Virus record (IMG/VR): IMGVR_UViG_3300001687_000010
From: a virus
Taxonomy: Duplodnaviria > Heunggongvirae > Uroviricota > Caudoviricetes
Length of the DNA: 64,000 nucleotides
Reading direction: 5' to 3' (one strand)
Shown here: one piece after another, positions 1 through 9,611 of the stretch
How positions within the stretch are numbered: position 1 is the first letter of the stretch
Layout of the letters: every line of letters starts with the position of its first letter
Program-made: the position numbers and the translations under genes
The notes under the pieces: model-generated
Seen by the model: the letters and a program-made list of their open reading frames with translations, nothing else
Database searches by the model: none
What the model was told of the DNA's origin: nothing

Positions 1-342
1 CCTAATGGCTCAACCACTGATATCGTTTTAGCGGTAAGTCATACTTTAACCGGACTCGTATCCGGTTCAGAGGTTACATATCAACTTCAGGGAGTGACAC
101 CGAGCGCAGCAGGTGCTCAAGTTTATCATGTAGAAAATGCTAATGTCCCGGTTGATATCGGTGACCTTTCAAAAGGCTATAAAACAACTTATTCTTATAA
201 CTTTGTAGAGAATAGGGATGTAGATATATATGTACATAAAGTGGGTTATGTTTGGTATCCAATTAGAAACCAAACTCTAACTAATGAAAATCAGACGATT
301 CCGGTTTTTCAAACAATAGATAGAAATTATAATAATCCATAA
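1..342 (+). CDS. C-terminal part of a structural (tail-fiber-like) protein; 5' truncated by the window edge
   Basis: Frame open from nt 1 with no stop. Ends ...DRNYNNP, similar to the C-terminus ERNYSNPA of the next ORF. Confidence 0.45.
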   Translation, partial: PNGSTTDIVLAVSHTLTGLVSGSEVTYQLQGVTPSAAGAQVYHVENANVPVDIGDLSKGYKTTYSYNFVENRDVDIYVHKVGYVWYPIRNQTLTNENQTIPVFQTIDRNYNNP

Positions 343-397
343 AATATAAATAAATATTAAGGAGATTTAGTTTTTTAAATTTTAGAGGAGAGAGAAT

Positions 398-1810
398 ATG
401 GCTAAAATAGTAGACCCGGATTTGCTAACCCAAGGAGAGGAAATTGTAATTTCTCCCGGTGTATCCGGCACAATTAGATTACGTCCCGGTAAGGGGGATT
501 TGCTTGGGGAAGATGGTATCACTTTACAGTGTATCTATTCATTTCTTAAAGAAGAATGGAAAACAGATGACCTGTTAATTAAATATCCGTTCCCATTAAT
601 CTCAATTACGGAAGAACAATTTGAATTACAGAACGGATGGAACTGGGCAAATACCACAACTATCCAAACAATTAGAGACGGCGGATGGGCTTTAAAAGCG
701 GCCGATAACGCAACATCAAAAGCGGAATACATGAACCTAACAACTCTTGGTTCTTTTGTGGATTCCGCTAATGACCTTGCGTATTATGTTAATACATCCC
801 CAGTATCAGCCGGTACTCCGGTTGACTTCGTATATGCCGGTCCTGTAAACGAGGCAGTACAAATTTACGGTGTTCCGGGTTACGGTCATGGTGAAGATAG
901 ACGTGGAACTTTTGTTACCTTCTTACGTGAACAAGGCAAAACATATGACCAATACGACCTTTTAACAGAGCAGAATTTAACGGCTTTAACGTATAAGAAA
1001 TATGCATTGCCGCTATCCAATTCATCTGATGTTAAAATTAGTACCAATGACCCTCAAATTGCTTCTGGTGCAACCTATTCTGGTATTGATATTAGTTATT
1101 ATACTTTACCACAAGCAAGAATAATTGGTGGTATAACATATTATTTTCATATTATTATAGATGCCGCCGGCCAAGTTGCAGAAACAGTTTATGAAAAGGT
1201 TCAATATTTACTTAGACAAACCTATAATATAAACTCCAATCCGGCAACATCGGCAGGCTTCCCAATCAGAGGTGATGTTAACGATGAATTGCTTCAGTTT
1301 ATTGGTGATACCCTCCGTACAAACTATGTAGACGGATGGGGAGGTGTTTACATTGATAATTTTGATACCGATGATATCAATAGACTGGAATTTACCGATG
1401 ATGCTGGCGAAATTAGAACATTTCCATATACTGCTACGGGTACATTGGCGTTTAACGATAACTTGGTAAACGACTCTGGATTCCCACCTTATGGCAATGC
1501 GAGATGGTGGATGTTCTTTACGGCTATTGGTACATCTGCTTATGGTACTTCAGCTGCAATCCTTGTGGAAAACGCAAGTGGTAAACAATTATACGGTGAA
1601 GTATCAGCGGCATCAATTCCGTGGACATTTGACTATGACGGTAATGAACAAGCCGGAAGAACTAAAAAGACGAATGCAGCCGTTACGGTTGTGGCCATCG
1701 GTGTCGATACAGCACAATGGGTTAAAACAACTTCAACTATTACTCGAACAACCGGCCAAACAATATCACTTGTTGCCGCACTCGAGAGAAATTATAGTAA
1801 CCCAGCATAA
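398..1810 (+). CDS. hypothetical virion structural protein (T/N/G/Y-rich)
   Basis: 470-aa ORF. GGAGA-type RBS upstream. Composition typical of tail or fiber proteins. First gene of a tightly packed operon. Confidence 0.5.
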   Translation: MAKIVDPDLLTQGEEIVISPGVSGTIRLRPGKGDLLGEDGITLQCIYSFLKEEWKTDDLLIKYPFPLISITEEQFELQNGWNWANTTTIQTIRDGGWALKAADNATSKAEYMNLTTLGSFVDSANDLAYYVNTSPVSAGTPVDFVYAGPVNEAVQIYGVPGYGHGEDRRGTFVTFLREQGKTYDQYDLLTEQNLTALTYKKYALPLSNSSDVKISTNDPQIASGATYSGIDISYYTLPQARIIGGITYYFHIIIDAAGQVAETVYEKVQYLLRQTYNINSNPATSAGFPIRGDVNDELLQFIGDTLRTNYVDGWGGVYIDNFDTDDINRLEFTDDAGEIRTFPYTATGTLAFNDNLVNDSGFPPYGNARWWMFFTAIGTSAYGTSAAILVENASGKQLYGEVSAASIPWTFDYDGNEQAGRTKKTNAAVTVVAIGVDTAQWVKTTSTITRTTGQTISLVAALERNYSNPA

Positions 1811-1830
1811 GGAAATAAGGTGATGTACTT

Positions 1831-2415
1831 ATGGCTGAATACGTTACATTCAACGGGCCAGAGAAGCTCATTATCGTTAATGACGGTGTGACTTCTCTGG
1901 ACGCTCAAAGGGATGTGTACTCTGCTTGGAAACGCTGGATGTTTTCAGAGAGTGCGCCAGTTAGTGGTGGCGACCCTGTTCATCATGCCGCTTATTTACA
2001 AGCAGTTAGAACAATTGGTGGTGACCCGATTGGTGGTGGACAAGTTGTATCACCATATTTCTTTTTAGTCAATGGATGGAGAATTCGGCCATATGAAGGA
2101 AACCATAGATTAGTTGTAGATGGAAACTTGTTCGTAGATGGTGGTGGAAATCCGTTTGTACCGACACAAGGTAATTATAATGTCGTGGTAGAATTACAAA
2201 CATCTTCAAAATCTATTACGACAACCGTATCTGTTAGTGGCGGAACATTGCTTACTCAAGCACAAGAAGATGCTATATTTGCTTTACCCAACGAAGCTGT
2301 AATAGCAGACGCTATATGGGATGAATTTTTAAGTCAACATACATCCGCAGGCACAGCAGGTGAAATTATAAACAAAATAAAGAGGCTTGTGTCTTTGATT
2401 CCGGCAGGTGTATAA
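1831..2415 (+). CDS. hypothetical structural protein
   Basis: 194-aa ORF in the structural operon. Its stop overlaps the next start (TAATGG). Confidence 0.45.
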   Translation: MAEYVTFNGPEKLIIVNDGVTSLDAQRDVYSAWKRWMFSESAPVSGGDPVHHAAYLQAVRTIGGDPIGGGQVVSPYFFLVNGWRIRPYEGNHRLVVDGNLFVDGGGNPFVPTQGNYNVVVELQTSSKSITTTVSVSGGTLLTQAQEDAIFALPNEAVIADAIWDEFLSQHTSAGTAGEIINKIKRLVSLIPAGV

Positions 2416-3524
2416 TGGGCGTGATTGTAACCAGAAGCATAGGAACCGGAAGTACTGCCACCGCTGGATGTGGTGTCTTTACACCGGCGGAAAAACTTGC
2501 ACTCCAAATGGAGATGGAGTTTAAGACTGCCTATGCAAGTTATTATAAAGAATTTGTCTATATAGATGGCGGAGTAAATGATGGTACTTTAGTGAGTGCC
2601 GCTATATGGATTGACCCTGTTAAAACTACCAGACTTTTTACCAAAGATTTTACATATGAAATTGGTGGTGGTGGAAAATATAGCAATCTGGCTCAAACGC
2701 TTTTGCATAGAGATTCAGATAGTGCTCAGTTATTAAAAATATTTGGGTACGATAATGATGATAATCTGGCAAGTGTAACAATATCGGCATCGCCTTTTGT
2801 TAGCGCAGGTGAATGTGACTGGACTGAAGTGGTTCAGGATGCTGTTGCTGACTTATTAACTGCTGGCCCTAATATCCAGTTAACCTATGATGATAATGCA
2901 GGTTCTTTAGAAATATCAGGAGCAAATTGGGGCGGATATATTAATGACCAAATAGTAGCGGCGAGCGCATCTTTAATAAGTTATATAGATACAGTTTCTG
3001 CCGCATCTGTGGAAGCTGATAATCAATTAAGAAATGAATTTGATTGGACATATACATCGATAGTTGATACAAACACTGGAGCAACTTCTTATACTTTGAC
3101 GTCCTCTATTCCAAATAACGCAAAAGCGGTAGAGGTTTTGATGCTCGGTGTTAGCACAAATACAAATAGTCAACCACCTATTGTAAGGTTAGGAGATGCT
3201 GGTGGTGTGGAAACAACCGGATATGCTGGAGTGGTCAGAGGGCCAACTGGTGAAACTGCTGTTTCGAATGGATTTTATCCTTTTAGAACAAATGCATGGA
3301 ATGCAGCCGATTTGCTTGATTGTAGAATAAGATTGACGAGATGGGATGAGAATCTAAATACATGGTTTGCAGATTCTCTTGCTAATGATGGAGCGCAGCT
3401 TAGCACCTTTTCCGGTAAAAAAACAACATCGGAAGTAATGACTACAATACAGTTAACTACACCCGGTGGTACGGCAACATTTGATGCGGGTCAGGCAAGA
3501 GTTAGATATAGAAATATAAAATGA
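2415..3524 (+). CDS. hypothetical structural protein (Gly/Thr/Ser-rich)
   Basis: 369-aa ORF, translationally coupled to its neighbours. Confidence 0.45.
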   Translation: MGVIVTRSIGTGSTATAGCGVFTPAEKLALQMEMEFKTAYASYYKEFVYIDGGVNDGTLVSAAIWIDPVKTTRLFTKDFTYEIGGGGKYSNLAQTLLHRDSDSAQLLKIFGYDNDDNLASVTISASPFVSAGECDWTEVVQDAVADLLTAGPNIQLTYDDNAGSLEISGANWGGYINDQIVAASASLISYIDTVSAASVEADNQLRNEFDWTYTSIVDTNTGATSYTLTSSIPNNAKAVEVLMLGVSTNTNSQPPIVRLGDAGGVETTGYAGVVRGPTGETAVSNGFYPFRTNAWNAADLLDCRIRLTRWDENLNTWFADSLANDGAQLSTFSGKKTTSEVMTTIQLTTPGGTATFDAGQARVRYRNIK

Positions 3525-5548
3525 AAATTTTAGCATTTTTTACAAATAGTGGAGTACCTGCGACCGGCCTATCTCCTACAATTAGAATTAGAGAGTTAGC
3601 CGGGGATACACTTGTGGTCACCGATGCCGCCATGTCCGAAGTAGGGGACGGGCATTACAAATATAATTTTACCACTTATGATGCTACTGTAGATTATTCA
3701 ATTCGATGTGATGGCGGTGTAACTTTACCAACTGCGGAACGCTATACCTATGCCGGTAACGAAAATTATTTTGAGGATACACAGGAAGCTGTATGGTCAG
3801 CACCTGTGACAGCATATTCAGGAATGAATATGACAGGCGCAATGCAATCATTAATTTATGGTGATTTAGTTCATGTTGACGAGGTTTCCGGGACGGGTGT
3901 GGGAACAGCATTTCCAGCAGGAACTTTAAGATACCCTGCTAATGATTTAAACAATGCTCTAACAATAGCGAGAACAAGAGGTTTACATACGGTTCATATT
4001 CACAATGACTTAACCATAGGTAATGGTGCTGATGCAAGTAAATTAATTTTTACTACTGATGGTTTTATGGGAACCGATGTTACTTTAGAAGATGGTGCTG
4101 ATATAGACAGATCCTCTTTTAGATATTTGAATTTACAAGGTGTGCAAACTACCGGAACGCAAATATTAGTTGAAGCGTGTACTATTTATGATTTAGAGAA
4201 TTTCCAAGGTGTTATGAACAATGTAGCATTCGGGCAAGCAAGTGAAATAACACTTAACCCAAATGGGTGGGCGCAAATTATACAGGCAACAGCAGCAGGG
4301 GATGCTGGAAACGAGCCTGAAATCCATATTGGAAATGCCATGTTGAATATATCAGAAATGACCGGACTCCTTAAATTAAAAGGTAAAATTGGTACTGACA
4401 GAACGGTCATAAACAGTACATCAAGTTTTATTATAATAGATTCAACTTGTGTGTCAGGTTCGATAGAACTAATTGGTACAGGTGGATTTAAAGATAATTC
4501 AGGACCAAATTGTAATGTTGACACCGATGCCTTTATTTCACTTTTGACTATCTCTGACCATGTTTGGGATGAAACAGCAAGTGAACATATAATTGCAGGG
4601 TCTACTGGACAGATATTACAAGATATTGATACTAATATAATCGGTGCTTCTGCTACACTTTATAACCAGTTAAGTACAATAATACCATTTAATGTATGGG
4701 AAGAACAATTAGCAGACCATAATGTAGCCGGTACTTATGGAAACGAATTAGCAACTAAAGCTGATATAGTAGCCGCAACATCAACCACAGAAACAGTAGC
4801 AACAAGCGGTGAAACTATTTTCGGAACTGAAACCGGAACATTTTTAAATACCAGATTAAGAGATGACTCATACTGGCAGATTCAGGAAAACGCCACAACG
4901 GGTATTACGGTTGAATTATCATTTAATATACCGGATGAAGATAGAGCAGGTGTTGTAAAAACATATGGTAGATATATTGGTTTACCGGCCGCAACCCATC
5001 ATATGGAATTATGGGCATATAATTATGAAGCTATGGCTTGGGAAGAATTAAAAGAAGAATATTTGCCCGGTGGAAATACATCTGATGCTGAATATACCCA
5101 TGAATATTATGAGCGAAATATAGATAGAACTAATAACAATACTGTCCGTATTAAATTCATTCATCATCCGACAACCTATAATGCGGCTCATTATATGTAT
5201 CTTGATTATGTAGTGGTAACTTCGATTGATGTTATAACCGCTAAAGATATAGCTGAAGCCGTATGGAGTGAGAAAACATCCGGTTATACTGATATAACTC
5301 GATTTGGTGGATTGGTTGCGATAGAAATTAGTAATGATTTAAAACGATTACTTGGTTTAACGCACGAAAATATATTTATCGACAATCCGATTTATGATGG
5401 CTGGGGCAACCTAACCTCGGCAAGGGTCAGAATCTACGGAAATTCGGCCTCTGTGGGGACGTCAGGGGCAGTTATAGGGGAGTATGAGATAACCGCACCG
5501 AGCCACGAGGCAGGCCGATTTAATTCATGGAAACAAATAAAGGTATAA
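3521..5548 (+). CDS. tail fiber / tailspike-like protein with beta-helix-like repeats
   Basis: 675-aa ORF. The central region has repetitive N/G/T-x-I/V-x rungs typical of right-handed parallel beta-helix tailspikes. Confidence 0.5.
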   Translation: MKILAFFTNSGVPATGLSPTIRIRELAGDTLVVTDAAMSEVGDGHYKYNFTTYDATVDYSIRCDGGVTLPTAERYTYAGNENYFEDTQEAVWSAPVTAYSGMNMTGAMQSLIYGDLVHVDEVSGTGVGTAFPAGTLRYPANDLNNALTIARTRGLHTVHIHNDLTIGNGADASKLIFTTDGFMGTDVTLEDGADIDRSSFRYLNLQGVQTTGTQILVEACTIYDLENFQGVMNNVAFGQASEITLNPNGWAQIIQATAAGDAGNEPEIHIGNAMLNISEMTGLLKLKGKIGTDRTVINSTSSFIIIDSTCVSGSIELIGTGGFKDNSGPNCNVDTDAFISLLTISDHVWDETASEHIIAGSTGQILQDIDTNIIGASATLYNQLSTIIPFNVWEEQLADHNVAGTYGNELATKADIVAATSTTETVATSGETIFGTETGTFLNTRLRDDSYWQIQENATTGITVELSFNIPDEDRAGVVKTYGRYIGLPAATHHMELWAYNYEAMAWEELKEEYLPGGNTSDAEYTHEYYERNIDRTNNNTVRIKFIHHPTTYNAAHYMYLDYVVVTSIDVITAKDIAEAVWSEKTSGYTDITRFGGLVAIEISNDLKRLLGLTHENIFIDNPIYDGWGNLTSARVRIYGNSASVGTSGAVIGEYEITAPSHEAGRFNSWKQIKV

Positions 5549-5549
5549 A

Positions 5550-5837
5550 ATGAAATATGAAAATTTTTTAAACGAAATGGGAGCATCATTACAAAAATTA
5601 GCTTTTATCACAGTTAAGGAAATATTGGCTATGGGTTTAAAAAAAGCTGATATTTCAATCTTACAAAAAGATAAAAAACTCCGGGTAAAAATGCCTGATA
5701 GACCGGCCGGTCCCACTCAAACATCTCAAAAAGGATTGGAGTTTGTCGTGGATGTTCTCGGAGAAAATAAAATTTTAATAAATAATAAAGAGAAGGATAT
5801 AAACGAGTTTATAAACGAGGTACTCGGACCAAAATAA
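5550..5837 (+). CDS. small protein with N-terminal leader MKYENFLNE (CTS-like family)
   Basis: N-terminus matches the family consensus M-x-x-x-x-[YF]-L-x-E. Confidence 0.45.
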   Translation: MKYENFLNEMGASLQKLAFITVKEILAMGLKKADISILQKDKKLRVKMPDRPAGPTQTSQKGLEFVVDVLGENKILINNKEKDINEFINEVLGPK

Positions 5838-5847
5838 GGAGCAAAAA

Positions 5848-6162
5848 ATGAGCGCATTAGATAATATTGAATTTTATCTGGCATCGGAAGAAGCCATAAA
5901 TGGTGTAATGTCATTAATTAAGGAGGAGATTCAAATATCCTCTGCGGTAATGAAAAAGACGCTTTTCCGGTTTAATAGCTTTGTGGAAAAGGCCGCTGAT
6001 ATGACCAAACTCCATAATATGATTAACCTTAGAACCAAAAAAATGAATAAAGTTGATAAACTTTTGGCTTGGTTCAGGGTACTGGAGAATGAAAACTTCC
6101 ATGATGAGGCCGCATATGCAGCGATGAGACTCAGAGAACTGGGTTATAGCGGACCTTATTAA
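5848..6162 (+). CDS. hypothetical protein
   Basis: 104-aa ORF with an AGGAG RBS. Confidence 0.4.
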   Translation: MSALDNIEFYLASEEAINGVMSLIKEEIQISSAVMKKTLFRFNSFVEKAADMTKLHNMINLRTKKMNKVDKLLAWFRVLENENFHDEAAYAAMRLRELGYSGPY

Positions 6163-6173
6163 GGGGTAAAATA

Positions 6174-6485
6174 ATGAGATTTAAAGAATATTTGATAAAT
6201 GAAAAACTAAAAAAACCATCTAACCTTAGTGGGGCAAGTGACGAAGAGTTAATGTCTTATGCCGGGGATTTTGAAAACACTAAATGGAATCCAGATAATA
6301 AAGCCGAAGTAATGAGAATAGCTAAAGCTATAAACAAAGAAATTAAAAAAAGAGGGTTCCGTGGTAATGAAATTAAACCGATATTTGAAGCCAAAGGAGA
6401 AACTTGCCCAGTATGTGGTAAAAAGAACGCAAGCGGAAAGCATATTGATAAATGCTTAAAAAAATCAGGGGAGTATGACTGGTAA
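6174..6485 (+). CDS. leader-family protein (MRFKEYLINE) with C-terminal CxxC...C zinc knuckle
   Basis: N-terminal decapeptide motif. CPVCGK...KC motif near the C-terminus. Confidence 0.5.
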   Translation: MRFKEYLINEKLKKPSNLSGASDEELMSYAGDFENTKWNPDNKAEVMRIAKAINKEIKKRGFRGNEIKPIFEAKGETCPVCGKKNASGKHIDKCLKKSGEYDW

Positions 6486-6724
6486 TGAAATTTAGAGATT
6501 ATTTAAACGAGGGAAAGAATTCCATAATTGCTAAAGGCAAAGGAAAAGGCCAGCCAAGATGGGAATATTATGATAGCAGAGGAGTAAAACATTTTGGATG
6601 GGTAGAAAAAACATCAGACAGAGGGGGAACTGATGTTACCTATTTTTTCAGAGATGAAAATACTGACGAGCTTTCCGTTGTCTCAGGAAGTATTTTGAAA
6701 AAAGCAAATAGGATATGGAAATAA
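6485..6724 (+). CDS. leader-family protein (MKFRDYLNE)
   Basis: N-terminal motif. Stop/start overlap with the upstream gene. Confidence 0.5.
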   Translation: MKFRDYLNEGKNSIIAKGKGKGQPRWEYYDSRGVKHFGWVEKTSDRGGTDVTYFFRDENTDELSVVSGSILKKANRIWK

Positions 6725-6961
6725 ATGTCGATAGCAATAGCCACTATGGGAAAATATGTCCGGTATACTTTACAAACCGGCTCACGTGAAGGCGGCGGAA
6801 CTTATGGTTATCCCGTATGGGAACCTTTTAGAAAAAGCAAGCCACAGGTGGTAGTGCGTTCAGTTAGCGTAGATGATAAATTAAGGAGACAAAAACCGAG
6901 GGTAAAAATCGAGACCATTGAAAACGGTAATGGCGAGATTAATTTACAATCATTTAATTAA
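6725..6961 (+). CDS. hypothetical protein
   Basis: 78-aa ORF. Confidence 0.4.
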   Translation: MSIAIATMGKYVRYTLQTGSREGGGTYGYPVWEPFRKSKPQVVVRSVSVDDKLRRQKPRVKIETIENGNGEINLQSFN

Positions 6962-6969
6962 GGTGAGAT

Positions 6970-7236
6970 ATGGATACATATAAAAAATATCTAAACGAAA
7001 GCAAATTGATTAGAAGCCCAAAAGATGATTTTGAAAAACGGCTTTCAGCTTTAGATTCAGAAGTAGAAGATTTTGTTATGTTTCTATTTAATCAAACAAA
7101 AAAACCAAAGAAAACAGAAGCAGATGCTTATAAAGTCCTTTATCAAACATATGCCCAAAAGATGAAGGATTTTCAAAGAGTATTAGTAGAAATCCTAAAA
7201 TATAAAGATAAGGAACAGCAAAGATTTGGTTTTTAA
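6970..7236 (+). CDS. leader-family protein (MDTYKKYLNE)
   Basis: N-terminus is nearly identical to the ORF at 7767 and strikingly similar to the T4 internal-protein capsid targeting sequence MKTYQEFIAE, as I recall it. Confidence 0.5.
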   Translation: MDTYKKYLNESKLIRSPKDDFEKRLSALDSEVEDFVMFLFNQTKKPKKTEADAYKVLYQTYAQKMKDFQRVLVEILKYKDKEQQRFGF

Positions 7237-7248
7237 AGGTGAGAAACT

Positions 7249-7767
7249 ATGATTAGAATAAATACCGCAGAACGAAAGAAACTCAAGTTTGGTGTAGCGG
7301 TAAGTGGAGTCCAGACGAGAGACTTAAACGGCGTACTTAGACTTACATACGAGGGAGTTGAATACGGGTTCAAAACCGAAGTCCTTGACGATAAATTAGC
7401 GGTTGAGATTCCGCCGTTGGATAGTATAATAGCATATGAATTACCCGAAGGTGCTAAACTTACCGGCCGTCTTGAAGTTGTGGCTGAAGATACTTATATA
7501 GTACCGTGGACGGATAACTTTTCCGTTATTAGACCTATTAAAGTCGAGGCAACAATTACCGAAGATGAGGATATACCGGAGAAAGAAATTAGCGTTAAGG
7601 CTACGGTAACTGAAGAAGAGGACGTTAAGGACGTTAAGGAAGGTCTAAAAGGCGCAATAGCTCGAACTGTAGTTAAAGCGGCCGGTACTCATATAGCCAA
7701 GAAGGTCGTGGATAAAAAGAAAAAGAAAAACGAATCTAAATTTAGTAAAGCATTAAGAGGGGAATAA
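7249..7767 (+). CDS. hypothetical protein
   Basis: 172-aa ORF with a GGTGAG RBS. Confidence 0.45.
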   Translation: MIRINTAERKKLKFGVAVSGVQTRDLNGVLRLTYEGVEYGFKTEVLDDKLAVEIPPLDSIIAYELPEGAKLTGRLEVVAEDTYIVPWTDNFSVIRPIKVEATITEDEDIPEKEISVKATVTEEEDVKDVKEGLKGAIARTVVKAAGTHIAKKVVDKKKKKNESKFSKALRGE

Positions 7768-8024
7768 TGGATACTTATAAAAAATACCTAAATGAAGCCG
7801 CTTTATCAGGCAAAACAGTATCAAAAGAAATTGAAAGAGAATTTGAAAGACTTCAAGATGAAATAGATGATTTTATGATGCATACGGAAATGGTTACAAG
7901 AGAATCTGGACCAGATATTGAAAAAATAATGATAGGGCCTTGGAATGCTTTAGATAAAGCCTATGATAATTTTGTATCCAGAGCTAAAAACTTTATAAAA
8001 GCCGCTCATAAACATACTAATTAA
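7767..8024 (+). CDS. leader-family protein (MDTYKKYLNE), paralog of 6970
   Basis: Its first 10 aa are identical to the ORF at 6970. Confidence 0.5.
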   Translation: MDTYKKYLNEAALSGKTVSKEIEREFERLQDEIDDFMMHTEMVTRESGPDIEKIMIGPWNALDKAYDNFVSRAKNFIKAAHKHTN

Positions 8025-9108
8025 GTTTCGCCAGTTCGTCTTTAACAAACATTTCTAATAAAGGTTTATCATTAGTAACCATATCTTCGGGTATGGTTAT
8101 TTTTGTTCCTATCCCCATTCTCTCCGGTATGAGTTCAGGATTTGCGCCCAGTATTTTTTGCCAGTTACCGGCCTTGCCTGTGTACCATTTTGAAATAATA
8201 GCAACCGATTCCCCTTTAAATTTTACAGTATGGGTTAAATCTTGTTCAGAATCTGCTTTTTTCTGTCCTGTATCAGGTATTATCAGGACATTATGTCCGC
8301 TTTTTTGTCCTGATTCGGTTTTTTCGGTATTATCATCGGGACTATTTCCGTTTTCATCGCTAATATTAAACGACCTGAATACCACAAATTTACCCATCGT
8401 TTCATAAACCTCTTTAGCATAGCGGTCACTTCCGCCCACGTATTTATACAGAGCTTTCTTCATATCGTTATGTGTTTCATCAAGATAAATTCGTAATATA
8501 CGACAACCAGAATCGATATTGGTTTCAATATCGTGTAAATCATATTTGCTTTTAAGCCCAAGTTTTTCACCCCATACACCGAAGCGCACCTGCATTAAAC
8601 CTCTGGCAGGGTCTTTTTTAAGTTGACTTATGGCGTATGGATTATAGCCGGATTCCACGTCCATAACCGCTAATACAGCAACAAACGGAACCCCATGCTC
8701 GGCAGATTTATCAAGAATATGAACCGCTATTTGGTCAGCTACTGTGGGCGGAACGGTCTTGCGATATTTAAGGATAAATGCCTTAATCTCATCTTTGGCT
8801 TTATTGCCGACTGCTTCTAACTCCTTAATCCTGTTAGCCGCTTTTAGAACATCATTTGTAAGGGCATCCACTATTTTTTGTTTAGTTTCAAGGGTTTCCA
8901 GAGTATGAGACAGTTTTTGTTCGGTTATATCAGCTTTATCCTCAAACCTATTATACTTAAAAATCGCAAAGAAAAAGAGACCAATAAGCAAAAGAGTCAA
9001 AATACAATGACCCCAATCTATACGGTCTCTCCAATCTCCCCAAGTTCGTTTTTCTCCGGGGAATGAGAAATCATCATAGCGTCCTTTCATAACGGATTCT
9101 CCTTTCAA
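8017..9108 (-). CDS. endolysin: lytic transglycosylase (SLT) domain plus C-terminal LysM, with N-terminal membrane anchor
   Basis: SLT motifs are present: ...MDVESGYNPYAIS...ARGLMQV. A hydrophobic N-terminal segment ILTLLLIGLFFFAIF is present. The C-terminus THTVKFKGESVAIISKWY...GTKITIP has a LysM pattern. Confidence 0.75.
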   Translation of the reverse strand: MKGESVMKGRYDDFSFPGEKRTWGDWRDRIDWGHCILTLLLIGLFFFAIFKYNRFEDKADITEQKLSHTLETLETKQKIVDALTNDVLKAANRIKELEAVGNKAKDEIKAFILKYRKTVPPTVADQIAVHILDKSAEHGVPFVAVLAVMDVESGYNPYAISQLKKDPARGLMQVRFGVWGEKLGLKSKYDLHDIETNIDSGCRILRIYLDETHNDMKKALYKYVGGSDRYAKEVYETMGKFVVFRSFNISDENGNSPDDNTEKTESGQKSGHNVLIIPDTGQKKADSEQDLTHTVKFKGESVAIISKWYTGKAGNWQKILGANPELIPERMGIGTKITIPEDMVTNDKPLLEMFVKDELAKLN

Positions 9109-9158
9109 TTATTCCGTTATTATATAACACTTTTTATCAATTGTAAATAAAATTTAGG

Positions 9159-9611
9159 CTATTTTTGGTTTTGTAATTCTTCTATACGGGCATTTAATTC
9201 TGCAATTTTTGAATTTAACAAGCGTTCTGCGTTTGCAAATCCTTCACTTATGCCGTCCCCTTTGCCTTCGTGCAAGCCTTCTTCATAACCCTTTTCATAA
9301 CCCTGACGCTCACCTTCTTCATAACCTTCACTCCAACCGTCTTCCATACCGGATTCCCGGCCATCTGAAAAACCATCATCATATGCCCCATCATCATCTA
9401 ATTGAAAACCGTCACTTCGGGCTTCCTTATAGCCTTCGGTTTGACCGGCCTCAAAAGCGGCATCCCAAATTGCGTCTATATACATTCCCATTTTTTCTTC
9501 ATCGCTTCTGATTGACCGAGAATAAGCGATATAAACGTCATTTGCGGTTTCACGATTTACAATTGTTTCTAATGCATCTGTAAAAACTGCCATAACACTT
9601 CTCCTATCCAA
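9159..9611 (-). CDS. acidic repeat protein (EGYE/EG repeats)
   Basis: 150-aa ORF. Its start overlaps the 3' end of the polymerase gene. Confidence 0.4.
   Translation of the reverse strand: MDRRSVMAVFTDALETIVNRETANDVYIAYSRSIRSDEEKMGMYIDAIWDAAFEAGQTEGYKEARSDGFQLDDDGAYDDGFSDGRESGMEDGWSEGYEEGERQGYEKGYEEGLHEGKGDGISEGFANAERLLNSKIAELNARIEELQNQK

Noticed and set aside
535-732. Short minus-strand ORFs inside the structural genes (535-732, 3684-3911, 4186-4524)
   Set aside because: They are embedded antisense within long, well-supported plus-strand ORFs.
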